From Gammaproteobacteria bacterium (GTDB lineage: Bacteria > Pseudomonadota > Gammaproteobacteria > G965277405): 64,000 nt of DNA. Below the pieces are notes generated by a model. That model was given only the letters and a program-made list of their open reading frames with translations, ran no database searches and had not been told where the DNA came from. This document shows positions 9,477 to 19,534 of this stretch, piece after piece (positions within the stretch are counted from its first letter, which is position 1; each line of letters starts with the position of its first letter). The position numbers and the translations under genes were made by a program. The stretch covers positions 928,001 to 992,000 of the forward strand of contig OZ255726.1 of assembly GCA_965277405.1 (NCBI GenBank), given 5' to 3'.

Positions 9477-10742
9477 ATGGGCCTTACATTAGGGTTGGTC
9501 TGTCAGCGCAATAACAACGTGCCGTTCCTATTTGAAGCAGCGGCAGCCAATCGATGTGGTTTAGTACTTATTCACGCACCCGGTGAATCTCCCCCGACGC
9601 ATATGCCAGCTGTTGTCCACACGTTGGAGCTCGACGTATTTGCTCATCCACAAGCCGCGCTCTCACAGCTTGAGGCTGAAAAAATCGGACTAGATGGCAT
9701 ATTAACCTGCCGTGAAGAGGCTGTGCCCTGGACTGCCTTAGCAGCCCAACGCCTCAAACTACCTGGACTCAACCCCGATGCGGCACTCATCACCCGCGAT
9801 AAAGCACAGATGAGAAAAGCTTTTGCAGTGGCGGGGTTAAATGTTCCAAGCTATACCTCCCTGTCAGCAGACGCCCCAGTAACACTATCCGCTAGCATGT
9901 CATACCCGCTAGTCGTCAAACCCACAGGTGGCTACGCAAGCCAAGGTGTCATTCGCGTTGATAAAGCGAGTGATCTGAAAAATACAGTAGCTAAAGTGCG
10001 AGCAATCAATGCCAATGACCTCGACGCTTTCGCCACCACTACCAGCGGAATCAATTGGGGCGCTGTTATCGTTGAAGAGTATATCGACGGCCCCGAATAT
10101 GCAGTAGAGGTGTTTGCAACCGAAGGGCGGGTACATGTACTCTCCATTGGTTACAAAGGCGAGCCCAAGGGTCCTTACTTTGAGGAGACAGTTTACCTCG
10201 CGCCACCACACCTCGCGCCAGCTACACATAAGGCAATTGTGGAGCAAGCAATTGGCGGCATGGAATCTTTAGGCCTTACTGACGGCCCAGGCCACTGCGA
10301 GTTAAGACTGCAAAATAGCACGAAACCCTATCTGCTTGAGATTGGAGCAAGGATCGGCGGGTCTGGGGTAAGCCAATTTATAGTACAGGAAAGTTCAGGA
10401 ATTGATTATGCTGGCCTACAGTTCCGCCAGTCCGCCAAGTCCTCCCTTCCCGAACTTCCTGACATAGCGACGCCAATCGCGACTGCAGGAAACTGGATTA
10501 TCCCACTCGGTGGTCATGGAAAATTGGTTGATATTGCAGGTCTACAAGTGGTTCATGAGCATCCAGAAACCAAGCGCGTGCTAACCTTCCTCGAACCTGG
10601 CACCGCTGTGCAACCCTATCCAATTTTCAGTGGGTATCCAGGTTTCGTGTTATCACGCCACACCGACTGGCAGTCTGGTATAGACTATCATCGCTGGCTC
10701 AGCCAAAAACTCCGTACACATTGGGTGGAGGTAGAAACTTAA
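9477..10742 (+). CDS. ATP-grasp L-amino-acid ligase (Lal, recalled as close to B. licheniformis BL00235 type)
   Basis: YPLVVKPTGGYASQGV, EEYIDGPE, LSIGYKG..KGPYFEE, EIGARIGGSGVS, PYPIFSGYPGF; the ORF-track extension from 9345 is MITE-derived. Confidence 0.85.
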   Translation: MGLTLGLVCQRNNNVPFLFEAAAANRCGLVLIHAPGESPPTHMPAVVHTLELDVFAHPQAALSQLEAEKIGLDGILTCREEAVPWTALAAQRLKLPGLNPDAALITRDKAQMRKAFAVAGLNVPSYTSLSADAPVTLSASMSYPLVVKPTGGYASQGVIRVDKASDLKNTVAKVRAINANDLDAFATTTSGINWGAVIVEEYIDGPEYAVEVFATEGRVHVLSIGYKGEPKGPYFEETVYLAPPHLAPATHKAIVEQAIGGMESLGLTDGPGHCELRLQNSTKPYLLEIGARIGGSGVSQFIVQESSGIDYAGLQFRQSAKSSLPELPDIATPIATAGNWIIPLGGHGKLVDIAGLQVVHEHPETKRVLTFLEPGTAVQPYPIFSGYPGFVLSRHTDWQSGIDYHRWLSQKLRTHWVEVET

Positions 10743-10824
10743 ATCGCCTGTTAATCCTATGTTATCGCTATGCAGTTAGCAGATTATGCCGCTCTTATTA
10801 CATACTAATACATACTAATACATA

Positions 10825-11109
10825 CTATAAAATTTTCGGAACTGTATAAAAATGGTCAGTAACATAGGGATTATCCCTTTGCAGCTCTGCTCTGCTATGG
10901 TGTTTGGCAACAATATCTGCGCGCAATGGCTGTGCTTGTTCCAATGGGGTGTGGAGGGGTTCTAACCCTGTCACGTCGATTGTTTTCATTGTTTCAATCA
11001 TTTGTAAAACATTTTCAAGATCAGCGCTGAATGCGGCAGCTTGCTCATCACTCAGTTGAAGTTTTGCCAGTGTGCAGAGTTTTTGTATGTCGATATGTAA
11101 CGGCGTCAT
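10825..11109 (-). CDS. gatC: Asp/Glu-tRNA amidotransferase subunit C
   Basis: LAKLQL, IDVTGLEPL, LRAD, FYTVPKI; 94 aa. Confidence 0.9.
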   Translation of the reverse strand: MTPLHIDIQKLCTLAKLQLSDEQAAAFSADLENVLQMIETMKTIDVTGLEPLHTPLEQAQPLRADIVAKHHSRAELQRDNPYVTDHFYTVPKIL

Positions 11110-11111
11110 AT

Positions 11112-11857
11112 TTAATGAACCTCTGATTTAAAATGTTTACATGAATATCGCTGTGCTTGGACAGCTGTCATTGCGCTGGTCGCTATAATATCGTCAATAC
11201 TGCAACCACGCGAGAGCTCATTCACTGGTTTGTTTGACCCTTGTAAAAAGGTCCAATCGCAGTCCCTCCGCCCATTCGCCCATTCGCCCATTAGTTGCGC
11301 AATTGTATCGCCACTATTCGCAACCTCTAGCGCTGGAAATATTAAAACATTGGCGCTGCATTGGCTGATTATTAACCAACCACAACCAATCACCATCAAC
11401 AACCGCGTGCTATTGTGCCACGCTGGTATGAATATGCAGTATATTTTTGCTTGTAAACTGTCGCAGCCATGAGTTTTGTGATCCCCAGCAATGGCACATA
11501 TGCATGCGTCGCCGGGTAATTGCATGCTGCATGCAACAGATATTGTTCTTGTGTATCAATATAATCTTCTATAAACGGCGGATACCACAGCGGTAGTGGG
11601 TCGTAGCACGTAGTAAGCTGTTCAAGGTATGCGCTGCACCAATGCTGCCGTACATTTGTTTGCTTCCTTTTTACAGCACTTTGATAAACGCTTCTTGTAT
11701 TGTCATTTGTATCATATACCGCTCCTGCTAAATAATTTCTCAGTAACGACCTATGGTCAATCAAGATAATGCGAGATTGAATAGCAACCGCGCAGCAACT
11801 GTACTGAATTTTGCACCATGCAGACACATCCAACAATAATTGCTGCGTAACTATCAC
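11112..11857 (-). pseudogene. Possible frameshifted hypothetical gene
   Basis: Two overlapping minus-strand ORFs (153 and 137 aa), internal (CGCCCATT)x3 repeat, ends in a solo MITE terminus; no family recognised. Confidence 0.25.
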
Positions 11858-12009
11858 GCTTGTCCAAACTCCCCCCAGCTACGAAAGCACCACCGCCCCA
11901 TTAAAAAATCTATGCTGCATACCAACTATCAACGCCTAAACTATAAATTCTAAATAGTTATGTCTCGCTTCACAATTGGTGCGGGCAAATACAATCCCAA
12001 AGCATCTAG

Positions 12010-12153
12010 GGAACCTCTGATTAAGTCCATAATGGGCGAAACGGAGCAAAAACGACGTGAGCACAGCGTTTTTCCTGTTCCTCTGTTGCATATACTGTTC
12101 AATATACAACGGTTTGGAGCAATTGCTGCATCAGCGCCTTAATTAGGACTTCC
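12010..12153 (+). mobile_element. Internally deleted MITE copy (144 bp)
   Basis: CTAG-GGAACCTCTGATTAAGTCC ... CCTTAATTAGGACTTCC-TTAA. Confidence 0.85.
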
Positions 12154-12276
12154 TTAAGTCAAAAAATCTAAAAATGATTCATATGGGGTATACGGCATAC
12201 GTTTATCATATTATCATATTATCATTAGTCATATTACAACACTTGCTATTTACAAGCTTTGCCTAAGGAGAAATAC

Positions 12277-14076
12277 ATGACTGCTTCTATGCCTAATCGT
12301 CTATTCAACACCCCGATAGATACGCAAGACGATATAACAGCACTTATTCCTGATTTCCCGTTTGATTACGCAGTTTTCTTGGACACCGCTAAGATCAATC
12401 GCAAACCGTTGTTCAATATTCCTTCAGCCAATTATGGACAAGAAGTCTGTATTGTTGGAGGTGGCATGGCCGGCTTGACGGCAGCATACGAACTTATGAG
12501 AAGCGGACTCAAACCGATCATTTTTGAAGCTGATCGGATTGGCGGGCGTATGGACGCTAAGCCGATGAGTAACTCCGGCACATTGGCTGAAATGGGTTCG
12601 ATGAGGTTTCCGCTAAGTGGGAAAGCATTGTTCCACTATATCAATAAGGTTGGAGCCTATACTGCGCCATTTCCAAACCCAGGTACAGCTGCATCTTTTG
12701 GGAATCTGGTCAATTACCGCGGCGAAAACTTCTATTACGAACGTGATAGTAAAAATTTCCCGATACCATCACACTTCGTTGCGCTTGAGCAAGATTGGCA
12801 GGACATGCTGGACGGTTCACCGACCAATTTTCAGCAGATGCGCCAGGCGCTAATTCGCAAGGATATAACTACGATCAAGAGAATATGGAATAATCTTATC
12901 ACGGGGACGGAGAGCATAGACAGTTTTGATAACATCAGTTTTTACAACTATCTAAAGATGTACGGCAACTGGTCAATGGATGAAATTGACCTGTTTGGTC
13001 AAGTGGGCTTTGGCACAGGTGGATGGAATACAGATTTTCCAAACTGTATACTTGAGGTCCTTAGGGTCGCGATGACCTACCTTGATTCCGACCACCAGTT
13101 GATTTATGAAGGCTCCACTTTTGTACCTAGCTCACTTCTACAGCAGACCCCTAGTGTATTGGGTGACGTCATGGTGCATTGGTCTGAAAATACAACTGTT
13201 CAGTCTCTAACAGAATCGGTCTTGAATAGTGTATCTGGCAACAAAGTTAATGCTTTTCAACCTTCTAACAGCGACACTAACAAAATCAAAGTTGAATACT
13301 CAGGTCCGAATGGCGAAAAGAAATCCCGAGATTTCAGTGCTGTAATTTACACTCCTCAAGTGCGCTGCCTACAGCAAATGGGTCATAATTACGCTGAACA
13401 AAATTCCTATAGCATTCTTACCCAGGATATTATCGAAGCAGTTCAATACACTCACTACATGCAATCAGCAAAAACATTCATTGAGCTTAAAACACCATTC
13501 TGGAAGGAACGCGATTCAACTACCGGAAAGTATAAGATGAGTATCACTCTTACAGACCGTAAGACACGTGGGACCTATCTTCTTGACTATACCCGCGATG
13601 ATGAAACACCGCGTCCTGTTGTATGCATCTCATACACTTGGAACGATGATGCGCTGAAATATCTTCCGCTTAAATCCGCCGACCGTCTATATGGAGGAAT
13701 TACGACCCTGTACGACATTGATCCAAATTTAATGGGGCATCTGGGGCATGAGGTGACCGGCGACCCCATTACTATCTCCTGGGAAAACGAACTGTTCTAC
13801 CTTGGTGCCTTCAAAAATAACCTTCCTGGCCAATACAGAATGCAAAGACGCCTGTTCACTCAGTTCATGCAAAATACAAGCTCGGTCAAAGATCGTTTTA
13901 TCTTGGCAGGTGACGACATTTCTTGGACGGCTGGATGGGCAGAAGGAGCAGTATCAACTGCCATAAATGCAGCAAATGCCGTCGCGGGCTTGTTCGAAGG
14001 CTCAACTTATCAAAATAACTCTGATCCTGTAAGCCGTTTTAATGACTTAAAGCCGGTCGAACTGAATGCTGTTTGA
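12277..14076 (+). CDS. Flavin-dependent L-amino-acid 2-monooxygenase (IaaM/DavB family)
   Basis: PDFPFDY, VCIVGGGMAGLTAAYEL, EMGSMRFP, FGQVGFGTGGW, ISYTWNDDA, AGDDISWTAGWAEGA; SD AAGGAG before ATG 12277. Confidence 0.9.
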   Translation: MTASMPNRLFNTPIDTQDDITALIPDFPFDYAVFLDTAKINRKPLFNIPSANYGQEVCIVGGGMAGLTAAYELMRSGLKPIIFEADRIGGRMDAKPMSNSGTLAEMGSMRFPLSGKALFHYINKVGAYTAPFPNPGTAASFGNLVNYRGENFYYERDSKNFPIPSHFVALEQDWQDMLDGSPTNFQQMRQALIRKDITTIKRIWNNLITGTESIDSFDNISFYNYLKMYGNWSMDEIDLFGQVGFGTGGWNTDFPNCILEVLRVAMTYLDSDHQLIYEGSTFVPSSLLQQTPSVLGDVMVHWSENTTVQSLTESVLNSVSGNKVNAFQPSNSDTNKIKVEYSGPNGEKKSRDFSAVIYTPQVRCLQQMGHNYAEQNSYSILTQDIIEAVQYTHYMQSAKTFIELKTPFWKERDSTTGKYKMSITLTDRKTRGTYLLDYTRDDETPRPVVCISYTWNDDALKYLPLKSADRLYGGITTLYDIDPNLMGHLGHEVTGDPITISWENELFYLGAFKNNLPGQYRMQRRLFTQFMQNTSSVKDRFILAGDDISWTAGWAEGAVSTAINAANAVAGLFEGSTYQNNSDPVSRFNDLKPVELNAV

Positions 14077-14129
14077 CAGGAAATTTGGCAGCGGTGTCTA
14101 AACTAGCGCTGAACAGCGTTGTAGCCTAG

Positions 14130-14421
14130 GGGATCTCTGATGAACTAGCTGACGGAATGAGTTTGCCTGCAATTGCTGATGATTACAAGGCGTAGAGCGC
14201 ATGACCTAGCTATACGCCAAGGGATGCAATACAGCAAGCGTAAGCAATTGCCGCAAACCAAAAGTGTATTCAACACAACGACGGAGAAAAAACGCTGTGC
14301 TACCGTCGTTGCAGCACTTGGCAATACCCACAGGACCCACCAATATTATCTGCGCACTGCGCTTAAGTTTCATCAAGCGTTTTTCTCCGTCTCGTCCAGC
14401 ATGGACTGAATCAGAGCTTCC
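14130..14421 (-). mobile_element. MITE copy, reverse orientation
   Basis: GGGATCTCTGATGAA ... TTTTCTCCGTCTCGTCCAGCATGGACTGAATCAGAGCTTCC. Confidence 0.88.
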
Positions 14422-14689
14422 TTTATGGGACAGCCGCTGAGTTCACTTGTCAACCAGACCGCGTGGAGTGTAGTAACTAATACGTTGAAATCTTCAAGCC
14501 TAGTGCCCGATAGTCGAAAAATAATGCAGGTTGCGCGCTTAGAACCTTACAGAAGCTTAATAATATGACACTCCAACTATTCAGACCTAACATCGTATAA
14601 AAACAGCCTATTTGTGCAGCACGTCTGTTTAATCTAGGTAATTTCTAAGCTATAATTCGTTTTCGCAGTATATTTTGGGGGAATGGAAT

Positions 14690-15643
14690 ATGGTGCCAAA
14701 AGAATATTTTCAACCGTTAAGTGGCAACGAAATGCCCCGTTTTGCTGGGCTGTCTACTATGATGCGTCTGCCTGCTAAGCACACTGCACTTGACCTTGAT
14801 GCCTGTTTTATCGGTATCCCGTTAGATATTGGCACATCGAACCGATCAGGAACACGCTTTGGACCGCGACAAATACGTGCTGAGTCTAGCATGCTGCGCC
14901 CCTATAATATGGCGACTGGTGCGGCACCCTTTGATGCCATGCGGGTTGCCGATATCGGTGATGTGCCAATTAATACATTTAATTTAAAAGACAGTATACA
15001 GCTAATTTCAAAGTATTATTGCGATCTGCTAAAACATGATGTTATTCCTCTAACGATGGGCGGGGATCATACGATTAGCTTCCCTATTTTGCAGGCAATC
15101 GCGGCCAAACATGGACCAGTAGCTTTAATCCACATTGACGCTCACGCCGACATTAATGACGAGATGTTTGGTGAAAAAATTGCCCATGGCACACCCTTTA
15201 GACGGGCCTTTGATGATGGTTTACTGAACAACGACAAGGTTTTCCAGATAGGATTGCGCGGCACAGGATATTCACCAGAAGACTTTAACTGGTCCCGTCA
15301 ACAAGGGTGGACGGTTGTTCAAGCCGAAGAGTGCTGGGGCAAATCTCTTGCACCATTAATAAAGAATATCAGCAAAAAAATCGGCAACACCCCAACGTAT
15401 ATCACCTACGATATTGACAGCCTTGACCCGGCATTTGCACCTGGCACTGGTACGGTAGAGATAGGTGGGTTGACCACATGGCAGGCTTTGGAACTCGTGC
15501 GGGGATGTGCTGGTCTTAATATCGTAGGAGGTGATCTGGTTGAGGTGTCACCACCGTATGACCCCAGCGGCAATACCGCTTTAATTGCAGCAAATCTGCT
15601 GTATGAAATGCTCTGCGTGCTACCAAAAAACTATCAAGACTGA
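14690..15643 (+). CDS. Ureohydrolase, guanidinobutyrase (GbuA)/agmatinase type
   Basis: QPLSGNEMPRFAG N-terminus, GGDH, DAHAD, HGTPFRR, DIDSLDP; TATAAT at 14651. Confidence 0.9.
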   Translation: MVPKEYFQPLSGNEMPRFAGLSTMMRLPAKHTALDLDACFIGIPLDIGTSNRSGTRFGPRQIRAESSMLRPYNMATGAAPFDAMRVADIGDVPINTFNLKDSIQLISKYYCDLLKHDVIPLTMGGDHTISFPILQAIAAKHGPVALIHIDAHADINDEMFGEKIAHGTPFRRAFDDGLLNNDKVFQIGLRGTGYSPEDFNWSRQQGWTVVQAEECWGKSLAPLIKNISKKIGNTPTYITYDIDSLDPAFAPGTGTVEIGGLTTWQALELVRGCAGLNIVGGDLVEVSPPYDPSGNTALIAANLLYEMLCVLPKNYQD

Positions 15644-15669
15644 CTAAATCTAAACAGGGAGAAAATAAT

Positions 15670-16773
15670 ATGTCGAAACGCAAACAAACAATCAAATTGA
15701 GCCGCCGCGCCTTTGTCGGCACTGCGATTACAGCAGGAGTTGTGGCGGCCTCAATAGGCGCGCCTTCAATCTTACGGGGAGCAGCAGATCGAACCCTCAA
15801 AGTGGGGGTATACGGCGGTTACTTTCAGGAATCTTTCGACAAGCATATTTTTCCTGATTTTACAACTGCAACGGGTATCAAGCTTGAATCAATTGGAGAG
15901 CCGACAGGTGAAGCATGGTTGGTACAGCTGATGGCGGCTGCGCGGGCAAACCAAGCGCCTGCTGATGTCTCGATGATGGCACAAGTTGCACGTTTGAAAG
16001 GTGAGAAAGCAAAACTTTGGGGAGCGTTGGATGATAGCGCATTAACGAATGCTGCTAACTTACCTGATCACTTCGTGCACCGGTATGAAGATGGCAAAAT
16101 CAATAGCTTAGGCGCTGTGGCTTGGTATGTCACATTGGTTACAAACACTGATGTTTACAAAGATGCGCCAACATCATGGAAATCTTTATGGGATTCGGCA
16201 AATGCTGATAGTCTTGGCCTTATGGCACTCGTAACCAACTCTTTTCTTTTAGAAATCACAGCTAAGACATGGTTCGGTGGCACCGGAATCTTGGACACAA
16301 AAGATGGCATTTTGCAGACCATGCACAAGCTGGAAGAAGTAAAACCAAACGTGCGACTGTGGTATCGCGACGAAGGTCAATTCCAGCAAGCCTTGGAAAC
16401 TGGCGAGATCCCTATGGGCGAGTATTATCACGATGTTACTGGACTGGCTGCGTCTGCAGGAAAGCCTGTAAGATCAACGTTCCCAGTAGAAGGTGGGGTG
16501 CTTGACTCAGGGTCTTGGTGTGTTTCCAAAGCATCCAAAAAAGTGACAGAAGCACAAGAATTCATCAACTATATGTGCCAACCTGAAATTCAAGCTAAAC
16601 TGTCGCGTTTCGTCGGTACGGCACCAACTGTACGGCGTGATCTGACGGATTTGACCGATGAAGAATATGCCGCAGTTGCAAGCCCCATTGATCCAATCAT
16701 CCCACGTTATGATTTATATAGCGAACGTGAAGATTGGCTGACTCAAAAATGGTCTGAATTGGTAACTGGATAA
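15670..16773 (+). CDS. PotD/PotF-like ABC substrate-binding protein with Tat signal
   Basis: SRRAFVG twin-arginine motif; PTSWKSLWD, FPVEGG, FINYMCQPEIQ. Confidence 0.85.
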   Translation: MSKRKQTIKLSRRAFVGTAITAGVVAASIGAPSILRGAADRTLKVGVYGGYFQESFDKHIFPDFTTATGIKLESIGEPTGEAWLVQLMAAARANQAPADVSMMAQVARLKGEKAKLWGALDDSALTNAANLPDHFVHRYEDGKINSLGAVAWYVTLVTNTDVYKDAPTSWKSLWDSANADSLGLMALVTNSFLLEITAKTWFGGTGILDTKDGILQTMHKLEEVKPNVRLWYRDEGQFQQALETGEIPMGEYYHDVTGLAASAGKPVRSTFPVEGGVLDSGSWCVSKASKKVTEAQEFINYMCQPEIQAKLSRFVGTAPTVRRDLTDLTDEEYAAVASPIDPIIPRYDLYSEREDWLTQKWSELVTG

Positions 16774-16838
16774 ACCAATACTGGCTCGCCAAAAAATTTT
16801 GACGGGGACCATACACATCAACTATTGCGAGAATATTC

Positions 16839-17891
16839 ATTAGCCAGGTTAAAATTGAAAATTTCACAAAGAAATTTGGTCATTTTACCGCCGTTGATAA
16901 CGTCTCTCTTGATGTTGCTGATGGTAGTTTAGTCTGCTTGCTTGGTCCTTCTGGTTGCGGCAAGACGACTTTGCTGCGCTTGATTGCTGGTTTAGAAGAC
17001 CTGACAGCAGGAAAATTAACGGTTGGCGGCGAAGATTATGGCGAGGTTCCAGCGCATAAACGTAATTTTGGGATGGTATTTCAATCTCTAGCTCTTTTCC
17101 CGCATCTGACAGTCGGCGAAAATATTGCATATCCGCTTAAGATCAGGGGAGCTTCTGCCACCAAGCAGCGAACTCGTGCAACCGAATTGCTCGAATTGGT
17201 AAAACTGGCAGGTCTGGAAGATCGCAAAATTTATCAACTATCTGGTGGTCAGCGGCAACGCGTGGCAATCGCACGTGGTCTAGCAATTGACCCCAACGTA
17301 TTTTTGTTAGATGAACCGCTTTCGGCACTTGATGCCAATTTACGGGAACATATGCAGATTGAACTCAGACAATTGCAACAAGATTTGGGCGTAACAACAA
17401 TTGTAGTGACCCATGACCAGCGTGAGGCCATGTCGATGGCTGATATAGTTATTGTTATGGAAGCAGGAAAAGTACAACAAGTTGGATCGCCCATCGACAT
17501 TTATCGTAACCCAGAAAACACCTTTGTCGCCAATTTTATCGGCGTCAACAATTTACTAACAGGACAGATGCTCGACGCAACAACCTTTGATTTTGACGGC
17601 AATCATATCGACCTTACGGACGATGATAGCGTACATTACGAAATTGGCAGGCCAGCCATATTATCATTTCGGCCTGAGGATGTCGTTGTATCTACTAAAA
17701 AAGGTAGCGCACAACTTAACGGTGAAGTTCTTTTTATTCGCGATCTGGGGGCAAGCGTAGAGATTTTGACCCGTGTTGGCGATATTGAGATCACTGCGGT
17801 TTGTGCGCCCAAACATCGACCAGATGTGAATATTGGTGATGTCGTCTGGCTTGAGATCCACACTGGTCGCACAACGGTACTGGCATCATAA
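16839..17891 (+). CDS. PotA-like ABC ATPase (start apparently ATT)
   Basis: GPSGCGKTT, LSGGQRQR, LLDEP; homology continues upstream of 16938 (VKIENFTKKFGHFTAVDNVSL). Confidence 0.88.
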   Translation: MSQVKIENFTKKFGHFTAVDNVSLDVADGSLVCLLGPSGCGKTTLLRLIAGLEDLTAGKLTVGGEDYGEVPAHKRNFGMVFQSLALFPHLTVGENIAYPLKIRGASATKQRTRATELLELVKLAGLEDRKIYQLSGGQRQRVAIARGLAIDPNVFLLDEPLSALDANLREHMQIELRQLQQDLGVTTIVVTHDQREAMSMADIVIVMEAGKVQQVGSPIDIYRNPENTFVANFIGVNNLLTGQMLDATTFDFDGNHIDLTDDDSVHYEIGRPAILSFRPEDVVVSTKKGSAQLNGEVLFIRDLGASVEILTRVGDIEITAVCAPKHRPDVNIGDVVWLEIHTGRTTVLAS

Positions 17892-17899
17892 GCACGCGC

Positions 17900-18733
17900 A
17901 TGTCTTTGTTTAAGGATAATAAAGGGGTTAGCTATGCACTGCTAATGTTGGTCGTATTTTTCTTTATTCCCTTTTTGATTATGTTTGCGGTCAGCTTCTT
18001 CAATCGAGACGAAGGTGCATTTTTTCATACCGCCTTTGAGTTGAATAACTATGTGCGTTTCCTAACGCCGTTCTTCGGAAAAGTACTGTTAACATCGCTT
18101 GGCCTGTCCATAGCGACGGCTGTCATTTCTGTATCAGTTGCCCTGCCATTCACCTATTTCGTGACCCGTATGTCAGCGGTTCGGCAATCGATTATTCTGG
18201 TTTTTCTATTGTCAGTGTTATCGCTATCAGAAGTCATAATCGGTTTTGCATGGTCCATCTTGTTGTCAAAGACAGCAGGCGTGGGCAACCTGCTAGCTGC
18301 GCTCGGAATTCTTGAAGCATCAAAGAGTTTTACGCCCAGTCTGGGTGCATTACTGCTCGGCGTGACTTATCTTGGGTTTCCCTACGCGGTTTTGGTGATC
18401 TACCCCGCCTTGTCGCGGCTTGACCCTGAGATTCCCGAAGCGGCGCGGATGTTTGGCGCATCTCCAATCAAAAGCTTCCTAAATGTCACTGTCCCTTTGA
18501 TGAAAAACACCATTATAGGAACGCTCATTCTGGTGTTCGCCTTCACCTTGGGTGCATATCTGTTGCCACAGGTGCTGGGTCGCCCCCAGCATTGGACATT
18601 ATCCGTACATATTACTGACCAGGCAATTTTTCAATCTAATCTTCCATTTGCGGCAGCAATGGCTATCTTCTTGATGCTTGTCTCATTGGCATTGGTTGGG
18701 CTGTCGGCACTGGTCATCAAAAAAACGGCATAA
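17900..18733 (+). CDS. PotB-like ABC permease
   Basis: EAARMFGA loop, transmembrane segments. Confidence 0.88.
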   Translation: MSLFKDNKGVSYALLMLVVFFFIPFLIMFAVSFFNRDEGAFFHTAFELNNYVRFLTPFFGKVLLTSLGLSIATAVISVSVALPFTYFVTRMSAVRQSIILVFLLSVLSLSEVIIGFAWSILLSKTAGVGNLLAALGILEASKSFTPSLGALLLGVTYLGFPYAVLVIYPALSRLDPEIPEAARMFGASPIKSFLNVTVPLMKNTIIGTLILVFAFTLGAYLLPQVLGRPQHWTLSVHITDQAIFQSNLPFAAAMAIFLMLVSLALVGLSALVIKKTA

Positions 18734-18736
18734 CTC

Positions 18737-19534
18737 ATGTCCAAGCTGATAAAAAACACTTTTATCCTGCTGGTCTTGGTATTCCTTGCCGCGCCACTTG
18801 TTGTTGTTCTTGGTGTCTCCTTAAATAAATCCAAGCAGATGTTGTTCCCGCCTGAAGACTTTTCGCTACATTGGTATGCTGATTTTTTTCAGGCAAAGGA
18901 TTGGCTAAATGCGTTGAGCAATTCTCTGGTTATTGCGCTTGGGGCAAGCACGCTTGCAGTCTCAATTGCCTTGCCGTTGGCACTCTACATTTGGCGAAAA
19001 CAGAACAGCCTCGCCAAAGCACTTTTTGGGCTTGGCGTCGCGCCGTTCATGCTGCCACCAGTCATTTCTGCACTCGGCTTTATGATATTCTGGATAACCA
19101 TCGGATTTTACGGGCAAATCTCTGCAACGATAATTTCTCATGGAGTATTTCTGGTGACACTACCACTTGTCACGATTTCACTGGGTCTTGATTCCATCGA
19201 CAAACAGTTGATTGAAGTCTCGCGCACCATGGGAGCCGACAAGAGAACAGTCTTGCGAACAATTATCTGGCCGTTGGTAAGGCCCTACATGGTTTCAGGT
19301 TTTGCCTTTGCGTTCGTCCTCAGCCTGAACGAGTATATTATCGCATATATGGTGTCAGGCTTTACAGCGGAAACACTGCCAATCAAAATATTCAATTCGC
19401 TTAGATATGGCTATACACCAGTCATGGCTGTTGTTGCGGTGTTTTTCGTGATGACTGCGGTTGTGGTATTCGGAACCTTTGCTCTGTTTGGGGATTTGCC
19501 TAAACTTTTGGGCGCAGAGAGAGCGGACAAATGA
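18737..19534 (+). CDS. PotC-like ABC permease
   Basis: FSLHWY, EVSRTMGA, ETLPIKIF. Confidence 0.88.
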   Translation: MSKLIKNTFILLVLVFLAAPLVVVLGVSLNKSKQMLFPPEDFSLHWYADFFQAKDWLNALSNSLVIALGASTLAVSIALPLALYIWRKQNSLAKALFGLGVAPFMLPPVISALGFMIFWITIGFYGQISATIISHGVFLVTLPLVTISLGLDSIDKQLIEVSRTMGADKRTVLRTIIWPLVRPYMVSGFAFAFVLSLNEYIIAYMVSGFTAETLPIKIFNSLRYGYTPVMAVVAVFFVMTAVVVFGTFALFGDLPKLLGAERADK

